Part shown: in pieces, positions 37,701 through 50,000 of the stretch
Numbering within the stretch: position 1 is the first letter of the stretch
Layout of the letters: every line of letters begins with the position of its first letter
Notes under the pieces: generated by a model
What the model was told of the DNA's origin: nothing
The model's database searches: none
What the model saw: only the letters and a program-made list of their open reading frames with translations
Translations under genes and position numbers: made by a program
Source: Podarcis cretensis
Lineage: Eukaryota
Direction: 5' to 3'
DNA: 64,000 bases
Assembly: GCA_951804945.1 (NCBI GenBank)
Contig: OX638151.1
Coordinates: 60,574,001 to 60,638,000 of the forward strand

Positions 37701-40700
37701 GTGAGTTCTCTCAGGAGGAATCTACTTTGAAACAGTGTCTAGATCTTCTGTGGTATTATTGGTCCAATTCTAAATTTATCTTTGTCATATCTACAGTTTA
37801 AATGCGTTTGTCATAATGTAGCTTTGAAAACATAGCTTGTGGCACACTTTGATGTTTCTGTGCGTTGTGGAAAAGGTTCAGTATAGATACCTTAACAGGT
37901 TTTTTAAAAAATTACGAAGTCGCCTTTTCTATTGAATCAATGTTAGTAATAAGAACTGGCCTGGACTTGCACACCACCTTTGTGATAGTTATAGATTTTA
38001 GAATAGATAATACACTGTTAAAGTACATGGTTGGAAATTCCTGAAATTGCTTGCCTCAATGGGTATCACTTATTGAAATACGTTCTTTAAAAGATTAATA
38101 TAAATTTGCTGGTTATAATCATAGCTGTCAACTTTTCCCTTTTCTTGTGAGGAATCCTATTCGGAATAAGGGAATGTCCCTTAAAAAAAGGGGAAAGTTG
38201 ACAGCTATGGTTATAATAAACTACCATGTAAGGCTTGTGATTTTAGGCTACTACTGATATCCCCAGTTTTAATAATAGTCTAAACTGAGAGAGAAAGTAT
38301 CTGTGTGACTTTTTAAAACCCAATTTTCCTGGTATAAGGAATGCAGGCTTTCTTGAGGAGCAAGGATGAACCCTAAGAAACACAAACGCCAGCCCTCCTT
38401 CATGTAGGCTGAGGGAGCCCACAGTGGGGAAAGAGCGAGGGAGCAAAAAGTGGGAGGAGAGGCACAAATAAAAATGGAGGGAGGAAAGGAGAAGGGGAAA
38501 TCCTCTGCAAGTAATCAGCTCAAACTTGTGGCAAGGGAGAAAATGAGATGAAGGGATTACGGCGAAAACAAACACACAACACTCTATAACGCTGCAAACT
38601 TTCCACCACTGGCTTTGGTGCCCACTCACCATCACAAAGATTACCTCTGTGAGAATGTGGCCATGACAGACAGAAAATGATTCTCTAGTCTTGCATTCAA
38701 GGAGAGGACTCCTATGCCTCTAACATTTGTGAAAGTTTAGAAGAGGGAATACAAGTTAGTCTGAGTTGTATTTTTTTTGGGGGGGGGAAGGAAAAATTGA
38801 TCCCTCCTGGAAAGTTATGAAGCAAATTCTGCAGGCACCCTTCTAAGTAATTTATGTGAGATGAGCCAACCTGGCTGCTCCCATCTTTCAGTGTTTTAGA
38901 CAATAAGTGAGGTCAGAAAGGTTATTAAGGAGTTTGAACGCCAGGTGATAGAGATCCCTGGGTCCTTAGGATCCACTCTTTTCACTTTGTCCTTAATGCA
39001 CTTTTCCTGCTTCTGTCTCATCTTGTACTCCTTGAAATTTCTATAGTTTGCCCTTCCTTTTTTGCCTAGAAACTAGAGATGCACGTTTCCTGGTGATGGG
39101 TTAATTTTAGTACAGTACTCTAGAAGTTGTTTTCTGCAAATCCTGCCACACAACAAGTGCAGGTGGATGCTGTAGAATCCCACCCACTGCAAAATAACAA
39201 ATGGGAAAACTTTGCAAAGCACATTTAAAGCTAAAGACCAGACATGCATCAAGAATTCACTATTGCAGCTGAATTTTATACATGTCTACTGATGAGTCTT
39301 TGCTGTTTAATAGGGTTTATTCCCAAGTAAGAGAGTACAGGGTCGCAGTGTAGGTTTAGGGTTGGCATTGGGGAAAAGCAGGGTTCTTGTGCCTTTAAGA
39401 GCTGAATGGCAGCTAAAAATTCAACAGGTTAAGCATTTTCTAGTATGGACATACAATTGAGGAAAGCTTCACCTGCTGACATTCTGTCTGTCAGACATTT
39501 TGTGTTGTGTGCGGCAGAAGATTTATTTTTGGACCCTCCAATCCACCTGCAAAAGAGGTTACAAATTTGCATATTACATAAAGCATCTGTAAATGTTATG
39601 CAAATCCCTCTCCTCTTTTGCAAGTGGGACAGAGGGCCTAAACCACACACAGTGGACTGGGTACAGAAAATTCTGTTGGAACCCCTGTGCTCCATTGCTT
39701 CAAGGGTGAAAGAGGCTACATCTATTGACATCCATGCTATCACAACTGTTAAAGGTACATGAATCCTAAGATGAATTGTGCCTAGTCACTTTCCATCAGC
39801 ACAGCACTGTCATGCTCAGAATAATTCTGCGCGTGCTGTTGTTCAGGATTTTTGCTGGCACTCTCCTCCCTTCCCGTAAATTAACTGCTGCTTCTTGGCA
39901 GCTTTACAGACAGATTGGCAGCTGCAAAGCTCTAGCTTCTTTCAAGAAAACTCTGGGAACATGAAAACAGGAAAAATTCTGATCCCATCATTTTACATGT
40001 GGACAAGTAGGGTAAATTCTTGAAAGCTGGCCCACCAGCCTTTGGGCATAAGTCCTCCAGATAAAGTTTGATAGTGAATAAAGAGACACAACAATATTTC
40101 CCCTGATCCTTGGATAAACAACAACATATTTTTCTTAAAATTCATAGGACTTCTTTATTACTGATTTTAGAATAACACAGGTGGCACTCCATTTTAAAAA
40201 TCTACAGTTTCTGCTGAATTCATAAAATAGCCCACTCTGTTCTACATTTTGCATTAAAAAGCACTATAAATGTTTTAGAAATATTTTTATTAGAATAGTT
40301 TCGTAGAATGGTTATTATTTAATCAGAGTTTCCATATGTTTGTTCCATGTGTTCAACTTTTTATTTTGCATTATACATCTAAGACTGAAACCCTTTCTAT
40401 GTCCAGGGCAGCCGTCTACCATGCAGGCTAAACCCTACCTGCCCGCAGAATGTCTCACCTGAGTGGTGCGTGCTCTAGTTATCTCCCACTTGAACTACTG
40501 CAATGCGCTCTACGTGGGGCTGCCTTTGAAGGTGACTCAGAAACTACAACTAATCCAGAAATGCAGCAGCTAGACCGGTGACTGGGAGTGGCCACCGAGA
40601 CTATATAACACCAGTCCTAAAGGATCTTCAGTGGCTCCCACTATGTTTCCGAGCACCATTCAAAGTGTTGGTGCTGACCTTTAAAGCACTAAACAGTCTC

Positions 40701-43700
40701 AGCCCAGACATTGAGGTCCTCCTCTGAGGGTCTTCTGCTGGTTCCCTCACTGCGAAAAGTGAAGTTACAGGGAACCATTAGACAGAGGGCCTTCTCAGTA
40801 GTGGTGCCCCCCCCCCCCCGGTGAAACATCCTCCCTTCAGATGTCAAGAAGAAAAAAGAATTACACAACTTTTAGAAGACATCTAAAGGCAGCCCTGTAT
40901 CAGGAGGTTTTTCATGCTTGATGTTTTTATTATGTTTTTAGATATGCTATAAGCTGCCCAGAGTGGCTGGGGAACCCAGCCAGATTGGCGGGGTATAAAT
41001 AATAAAATTAGTAGTAGTAGTAGCAGCAGCAGCAGTAGTATATTGTAAACCACTCTGTAAACTGCATTGTAGACCACTTACTAATTCAGGGATAGATCGG
41101 TTCAGTGTTCTTCCATTGTAACATCAGTTCTAGACTACAGCTCAAATTTATTTTCAGGATTCCAAAAACAAACAAACAAACAAAACATGAGACAGTAATA
41201 ATAGTTTAGGGGTTTGGGCAGGGGCTATTTTCCATCCCTTCCCCTCCCTTTGAGGCCTCATTTGCTAACCTCATCTGCCAGTTGATAGAAATATGATAAT
41301 CTAGATTAGTCATTCATCTCTGAAAACAATTCTGTGCTAAGATTAGGCTTTCAATACATACTGATCAACCACTGAGAGCAATGTGCTAATTCACCTTCCA
41401 TTTTAGCCACCCAAAGGCTAACAATTCTTTCCTGAATGTAAACTATATTTCTTTCAAGCCAATAACCTCTGTGACATTTCAGCAGACCATTAGTAAGTAA
41501 GGACCTTCAATGGAACCTGCTCTGCGATGCTTCAAGAAGCGCAAGAATCAATCAGCCAAAAGCTCTGTTAACATTATTTGGGTCTGATAAATATACAATT
41601 TCTGAAAGGCCAAAGCTAATTGGTGTTCTGAAGATACTTCCATTGCATCCAAAAACAAATGTGTTTTATGAAAAGCCCTGCAGCTGATTTGACCTGGAAT
41701 ACAGAAACAATAGAATGGGACTCAACAAAACCAGCTATCTTCAAAAAGCTCAATAAAACTAGAAAATAGCTTACTCCCCCTCACATTTGTAAACTCTGTA
41801 ATGATCCTCATAATCAGGAACACAACAGGTCAAAACACCTCCTTTCAAACCACTCTCTTCAGATCCCCCAATCTACCTGTGAAAAGAGTTTGGGAGGCCA
41901 TGTTTCCCAGCAGCTCTTGCACCTTAGTGGCTGCTGTTGAGTTCTAGGCATCAGGGGAGCTGTGAAATGTAATTATCCCAAGTGTCTTGAGTCCACACCC
42001 TGGAGGGCTCTGGTATACAAGCTCTCTCCTGTTTTTTACTCAGCTGTTGGAACACAGGGAGAGAGGCAAGCCTTACACAGATCCATCTAGAGCTCTTGCT
42101 GGGGTCAAACTACTGTCATGTGAGTTTGGGGGAGGGAAAGGGATGGTAAGAAGGGAGGGAAGAGTGACTGACAGCTCTGGCAGGCTGTCCTACAATATAA
42201 GTTAGGCTCAAATGCAGAAGGATCCAAGTCTGGGGAAACTCCACTTTGCCTCCATCACAAGCAGGAATATGATTTCCCGTCATAGACATCAAAACCTATT
42301 GAACTGCTCCTGCAAATGGAATAGCTTTCACCCACAATATTCCTGTATCTTATAGCAAGGCAAGAATTCTGACACTACACCTGCCAAAAAAAACAAGCTT
42401 GGATAAGCAGCAACAACTGGTATCCTCAGTGAAGAAACAGGCACTGTAGCTGTTCCACAGCTGGGACAATCTGGTCTAATCCTAGATACCATTAAACTAG
42501 TTTAGCATTTCAGCTACACTGAAGAATACACAATAAAACTGAAGACACTAGGAGATATCTTTATTGCAGTGGGTCATAAGACTGGGTTATACAGAAATGT
42601 TCGCTTTCCCAGAATAGTAGTAATTATTGTAAGAATTGGACATGAGTGACTGGCAATGTTTGCAACTGGGTCACAAGCCCCACATTACAAGTAGGGCTAT
42701 GCCATTTTTGGAAATTGCTAAGAAACCGGTACTCTGCTAGGGAAAAACTGGTCATGCACACGTGAGTTCTGAACTGCAGCCAGTGCATCTGATTTGGGCT
42801 TTAACTTTCGTAAGAATCCCAAAGAGAGCCAGTGTGGTGTAGTGGTTAAGAGCGGTGGACTCGTAATCTGGAGAATCGGGTTTGCTTCCCCGCTCCTCCA
42901 CATGCAGCTGCTGGGTGACCTTGGGCCAGTCACACTTCTCTGAAGTCTCTCAGCCTCACTCACCTCACAGAGTGTTTGTTGTGGGGGAGGAAGGGAAGGG
43001 AGAATGTTAGCTGCTTGGAGACTCCTTAGGGTAGTGATAAAGCGGGATATCAAATCCAAACTCTTCTTCTTCTTGAAGTGTTCTGGGAAGCCGCAGAATT
43101 CACTGATATTCACTAACCTGTATTCTAGAATGTATCCCAAGAATAATATTTCCTTTGCAATTTCACCTTTGCTTCCAGCGATCCAGATTCAAACTCTGTA
43201 CATACACACATGCAGATCACACACACATACACACACACCAGAAAGCCGGGAGTGTTCTTCCCATTCCTTCCCCTTTAAAAAGCAGTGTTTTTATATACAG
43301 ACACAGAAATCAACGAGACTATCATATGTACTAAGGACCTGATTGAAGTAGAAATTCCGAGTGCATTCTTCCTGTCAAAGAACCCTCCAATATTAGTAAG
43401 TACTATGATTTTATAATTTTAATTAAAAAAACCAATCCATTCAGTCACTTTAACATGAGGTAATCCCCTTTATTTTGGATGTGTGAGTGCCAATGCATAT
43501 TTAGCAACCACTGCATGCACATGCACACACACACACACACACACACACACGGGTGGGACCCTGAAGTTTGTAGAGTTGCAAACAAAAAAATGGCGGGGGG
43601 GGGGCAGACCCAACAAGGAGGGTGGGACCCAAAGACAGCCCAAGGAGGACTGAGTTGCCATGAATGCTGACTGTTGTGTGTGGTGGTGGTGAGGTGAGAA

Positions 43701-46700
43701 TGGAAGGGTATGGCTGGCCCCCTGAACAGGAATACTCCACAGTGCAACATTTTGTTGTAGATTTCATTTGGGGGTTTTTTCCTGGATGCTTTCCTTTTTC
43801 CCATTACAATTCAATAACCCAGAGGAGCTCATAAAGAGTTGTGGCTAATAGCCAATTTCATTGCCTCTAGTTTCTAGAACTGTGGCATAAGGGAACATTA
43901 TTTATCCAGATCTTATCTGTAGAGATCTTCCACTATCTTCATCGTCATATGCTTTATATTCTAATTTTCTGGGAGCTGCCAGCCAGACGATGATAAAATG
44001 TGAGCTGGTACATTGCAGACTACACCACATCAAAATATTGGGAAAATGCCAGGTCTTTCTTAGTGCCTTCAACCATGAAATATTTTAACTGTACTCAGAA
44101 AATTCAGGGGGAGTGCCTTTGGAAAGAGGGGTAGATTTTTCTCATGCTGCCGCTTTCTCTGTGTCCAGCTCCTAATGGGATCATAGGCTACATCACATGA
44201 ATGGATTTTCATTCCCCCCAAAATTGTTGCTGACACATGATAGAATGTACCTGTTGATAGAAGGCAGGTTGGCACTTGGTAAGATTGTATCTTGATGACT
44301 GTGAGTCCCAGAAGGCAAAGGAGGCATTTTTCATGCAATAATGCCATGCTTCCAAGTGAAATGACAGGTGTCAGGACCAAGGATATGCTGATTAGCTAGC
44401 GCAACTGTAAACATAATCTAAAATTGTGTTGAGAATTATATTGTAAAATTAAAAGGAAAAAGAAAGGTTTTTTCTTTGCAGGTCTCTGATTTACACCTTA
44501 ATGACCCATCATGTCATGGTACTCAAGTAGGAAACCTCTACATATTCAGCATTAAGACCAACTTCACAGACTGTGGAACACGAATGGTAATATGCAAAAG
44601 ATTTTGCTGTAGTCTTATGACTTTTTACATACCTTCTCTGTACACTACATTTATCCTCTTGCATCCTGCTTATTTAGTATATGAAAGAACAGCTTTTGAA
44701 GAATGACAGAATCTCACACACATTAAATTCTATATGGAACTAAATAATCATCTGCTTTGTCTCTATTCATAATGTAAGCCACAAAAACATCATTCCTGCC
44801 TTTTAGAAACTGATTGAGAATAGCCAAAACACCAAGAACCAGATTCACATGTGAATCATACAGAGGTGGTATAGATTTATATGCAGCTTTCAGTGGTTCT
44901 CAACCTGTGGGTCCCCAGATGTTGTTGGACTTCAACTCCCATCATCCCTGAGCTCTGGCCTCGCTAGCTAGAGGGTGATGGGAGTTGTAGTTCAACAACA
45001 TCTGGGGACCCACAGGTTGAAAAAGGCTGTGACTTGATTGTGTTTGCGGAAGTGTGTGTGTGTGTGTGGTGTTGCTTTTTATGTATTCCGTTTCTTACAT
45101 GTCCTTCATGATACGGTCCCAGGGCAGGTTACAGCAATTTAAAAATACAATATTAAAAACAGTTCAAAACAAGTTCCATGATACTATTGGATTCTATTAT
45201 TTTAAGCAAAAACCATTGGTTAAACATTGGTCACCTTCACACCATACTTTAAAAGACATGACTTCCCTCAAATAACCCTGGGAACTGTAGTTTGTTAAGG
45301 GTGCTGGAAAGTACCCATTCTAGGGTGGCAGAAACTATACCAATACTCAAAATCCCCCAAATGCATTTGTGACTTATCACAGTATTTCACTACACATCTG
45401 GGTTCAAGGGCAGAAGCAGTCTGTAGAGGTCTCTAGTGCCTCTCCCCTCTCCCTGCCCAGAAAGAATATGCTGTTACTTGTGTGATCCTTAATCTCTTTC
45501 TTTGAACTGGGAGAGCAGAATGGCTAAGAACTGACCTGGGTCTGGGGCTCTGCTCAATGGACCTTTGATAAGACATCAGTGAGGATCTTCCTTTCCTTAC
45601 TGGGTGCTCTAGTTCAGGCACAGGCAAACTCGGCTCTCCAGATGTTTTGGGACTACAATTCCCATCATCCCTGACCACTGGTCCTGTTAGCTAGGGATCA
45701 TGGGAGTTGTAGTCCCAAAACATCTGGAGGGCCATGTTTGCCTATGCCTGCTCTAGTTGGTTAAGGAGCAAAGCTTTCAAGTCAGGAAGCACAGCCTCAG
45801 AGCAACCTTCAGTTCCCACTGCCACTACATTATTATTTTCCTATCAACTTAAGTTTTGGGACTTACTGGAATATTTTTGTGTTTTACTAACTTGCAGGAT
45901 TCTGATGGTGCACATATTATTTTCATCAACACCATACAGAACCGCTTCTCTGATATAATCACAAGAACTTTTATCAATATCACATTTGCCTGCCGATATC
46001 CTATTAATTATATGGTACAGCAACCTAATGGAGAAAATAAAATCAGTGTTGATATCAGGTAAGCCTGTTGCCCTTGTTGTTTTCTGTATACCAATATTGT
46101 GCCTGGATTAGAAATAGACAAATCTGTAAATTATGGTTTCTCATTTTTCCAATTCAGTTATCACCATTTCCAAATTAGTTTGTGATTTGTTTATTTTTAA
46201 ATCCACATGCACACATTTTGGTACACCATTTCCCCTGATATATGCATTTTTGCAAGCAATGTTCCCTAACATGATACATTTCTCTATTTCCCCCCACAAA
46301 TGGAAGCACTTTTGTGTGCACTTTTCCATAACATGCAGTATTTGGGAATGCTTTTTTGATTGCATAACTGCACTGTAATGTTTGGAGAAGTGTGAATTTT
46401 GAACAGGAGCTGCATTTTGGTTCACATATTGGTTTGGGAAGTGCAAATTACATATGTTCACATTTAAATACAAACTGAACTCATTTTGTCCTCCATCCCA
46501 AATCTGGATTAAAGTCACTTGAGAAGTATGCAGATAATATTGGGTTAATCACTGCACTAAGTTAGCTGCATAAATAGTGTGCTCTGCTGAAGTTCCTTGA
46601 GACGAGTGGGACTCTCTTGTTTAGAGCTCTTACTGTGTTTTCCATAGCATAGCTTCTGTGCATGAAAGGCAGGCATGCATCTAGTTAGGACAAGCTTATT

Positions 46701-46978
46701 GTTGTATCACCATACTTGGGAAACTTTCACTGGCTGAAAGTTTCTGCCTGTCATGCAGCTGGTCCAAGTCACAGGAGCTTGCCAGAAAAAAAAGTTGCAA
46801 ATTTACTTAAAAGGGTATCATCACCACTGGCTACTAGAGCTGCTCCATTCCTTGCAACCTGATCCTGGGCATTTGTGTATAATACTGAAGTACCAGTATA
46901 AGAGCTCTGCAATGCCAGTGTTGTAATTTCCATAGCTGGCCCAGGCCTCACCATTAGGCTTCCCTAGTAAATCATGCA

Positions 46979-47023
<45 letters not shown>

Positions 47024-50000
47024 TAATGACAATTATCATGGAAATTGTGTCATTTCAACATCTCCATCATATCTATTTGTCTTTGTTTGTGCCAGGACCA
47101 TTACACTAAATACAGAAGATGGAAATTTCTCTGTATCCATGATGCTGTACAAAGACCGGCATTTTGAAGACATGTGGACTACCATTCCCTTTTTGACTCT
47201 AGAGGACAACATATTTGTCAAAGTGAAAATGGTACCTGGGGTTACTGAGTCCCTGATGAATCTGAGAGTGGAGGTGTTGGATAGATAGCAAAGACAAGAC
47301 CACCAGGCACAGGCCAAGATACATTGGGGGTGGGGAGCAAAAGCAACACAAATATGAGAACATTTTTGAATGTTACTATTTACTTGTGACTTACTTTATT
47401 ATCATCCATTCGCAGGAGTGGGGTTGAGAGGGGATAATAAAATACATAATTTTTTTAAACAGAGAATGAATTTCCTATCAAACATACGGTTTCAGACAGA
47501 TAGGGCCAGTGGGAATAGGGACATCAGGAGCATTAGGGCTGAGAGCTAACAATATCCAAATCAGAGAATCTACATTCACCCATAGGCCTCAGCCTTACTG
47601 TTCATGGATAAATCCTAACCAGGGGCCTGGGGAGGAATGAAGCAGCAGATCTACCCTACTGCTCTAGCACCAGCTAAGGGTGAAGGTAGAAGACCCCCCC
47701 CCCCCATTTTTTGCCATGCCAGGAAATGGTATAACTCAGGGGCCCGAGATAAGGCCCCTCAGGGGACATGAGAGGAATTGGATCCAGAAGATCTAAAATT
47801 GTTGGCACCCACCCCCTACTCCAAAATGATCTGATTTGGAGCTTGCCATTTGCCACTGCTGGTGGGAGAAGCCAGCAGAGACAAACCTATACCCCATCCT
47901 AACACTACTCCCTAACACTGCTCATCCACCAACCTTGTGGGTGGGGTAGGTACTCTTTTTCTGTGCATGTATTGGGGGGTGGGGAATGCAGAAGAGAAAA
48001 TTGCTTGCAATAATCTGTATCTCTAGGAGAAAGGTGCACTAAAATACTGATGGATTTTTGCAAGGACTAAAAAAAAAAAGATTTGCAAACTGATGCAGAA
48101 CTGATATGCCAAGCTGAACTGAAGTCTGGAAAAATACAAAACAGAGAGAACCCAATACTGACAACATTGTCTAGCCCTAGTGACAGCTGCCTTCTATTTG
48201 TACCCAGCATCTAGTTGTCACGGTTTCTTGTTAGCTGTCATGGCTGACAGTCATTGTTAGGCTCATCCTCCATGTACCTATCTAGTCCTTTTGAAAGTTA
48301 CTGACTTAAGAAACAAGAACCCTGTTTATGTTCTGTCTCTGCATTTGGCAGGTCCCAGGCAACTTAATCATTAGGCTTGAAAACTGCTGGTCTACCCCAA
48401 CGAAGGATCCTGTTCATGCTGTCCAGTATTCTTTTATCAGAGACAGGTTCGTATCCCGCTTTGGTAAAATGGACGACTCATTCTGAAAACATATTGGGCT
48501 GAGCTTTCCATTTCATTTAAAAAACAAAGCAAAATGACTGCTGTGAAGGGGAGGCTGACCAGATGAAGTCAAAGATGTGCTTCAAGAGTTGAGTGTAGGT
48601 ATTATCAGCGTCAGACTCATTGATCTCATTGTTGTTGAGAATACTAGAACACATTCTGAGGGAGACTGTAATGAGAATGCTAGTAATAGCAAAAGGTTGC
48701 TTTGGTGAATGGTGCTGAATTTGACCTCTCCTCCTTACTGTTTCCTCTTCTCTTAAGCAAATGAGCCAGAGGCTTATTTTTCACAAATAGCAGGTGCCTT
48801 TGCATCCTTGTGCGGACCCATCTCTCTTTATGTAACAAGTAAATAAATGTTTGTCCATATGTGCCTGTACCTCTAAAGCTGTACATGTAAACAGTATGAT
48901 TTGAGTAAATCAGCCTTGAACGATGGCAGAATCCATAGCTTCAATGGTAACCCCAAGTACCTTGGCATAGAAGGTTTTTCTGACTTGTGAGGAGCAGGGA
49001 ACCATTGGTCACACTGAAAGGGCTGGTAAAATGGAAAAAGATGTCCAATATAGACCTCTTTGATGCAAGAAATGCTCACAGTTGAAAAAGCATTCTAATA
49101 GTAGTATACTTTTGAGTTAAGTACTTTGCACTAAGACTGGGTTTTTTCTAGGTAGTCTATCCATAATGTGTGTATTCATTTTTTGCAGAGATGCCAGCTT
49201 TTGATGTAATCATATATTTTTGGTTTTGTTCCTGCATAGCTGCCCACAATTTGTAAAAGATGAAACCCTATCAGTAATAACAAATGGAGAAGGCGAAGAA
49301 GCACTCTTCAGGATACAAATGTTCAAATTTGTTGGCATTGCATACAACCATGTTTTCTTACACTGCACAGTTCAGATTTGCCATGGCACAACAGCTGCTT
49401 GCAAACCAGTAAGTTGATTTTTTACAGGAAAATTTCACATTCAAAATTTGAATTAAAACTGCATTTTGCACTCAAAGTTGAGGCTATTTTTGTTCTGGTG
49501 TGTTACTGTAAAGGGGAATGAAAAGAAAATGCTAAAGATGGTATTTCCTTCTAGCAGCTGGACTCTGAATGGAAGGGAGCCTGGCTGGGGGGAAATGATT
49601 GGGGAGACTAGCTGTGAGGCAAAAAGAAGCACACAAGATGTTTCAATAGGAGCCCTTGTCTGCACATTGCTATTGAAGCCCCCTCATTGGTCCTTCAGAG
49701 TCAAGTATTTTCTGTTGTGCTGTTCCACTTCAATCCATGTGTTTCTGGAGTGTGTCACACATGAATATTCATCACATATCACTTCATCATTTTGTGGCAA
49801 CTTTAAGAAATGAACGAGCTATCAGAGTACAGTACTCCGAATGGGAAAGTCATCTTGAGATTAGAGTTAACTGTAGGAATGCTTCAAGAAAAATATGTTA
49901 GTGTGTGCATTTAACAGATCCTGATTTGTCAAAGCTAAGAAACAGAAAGGTTTTTGCAGCTGCCAATGAAGGAGAATCCTTAAAAAAAAAAAAAAGCTGA

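Noticed and set aside
43910-44007. Open phase 1-to-0 segment DLICRDLPL..MIKCEL as ZP exon 2
   Set aside because: It lacks the ZP-N first-strand pattern and has poor Cys spacing and a weak donor; 43301-43395 fits far better.
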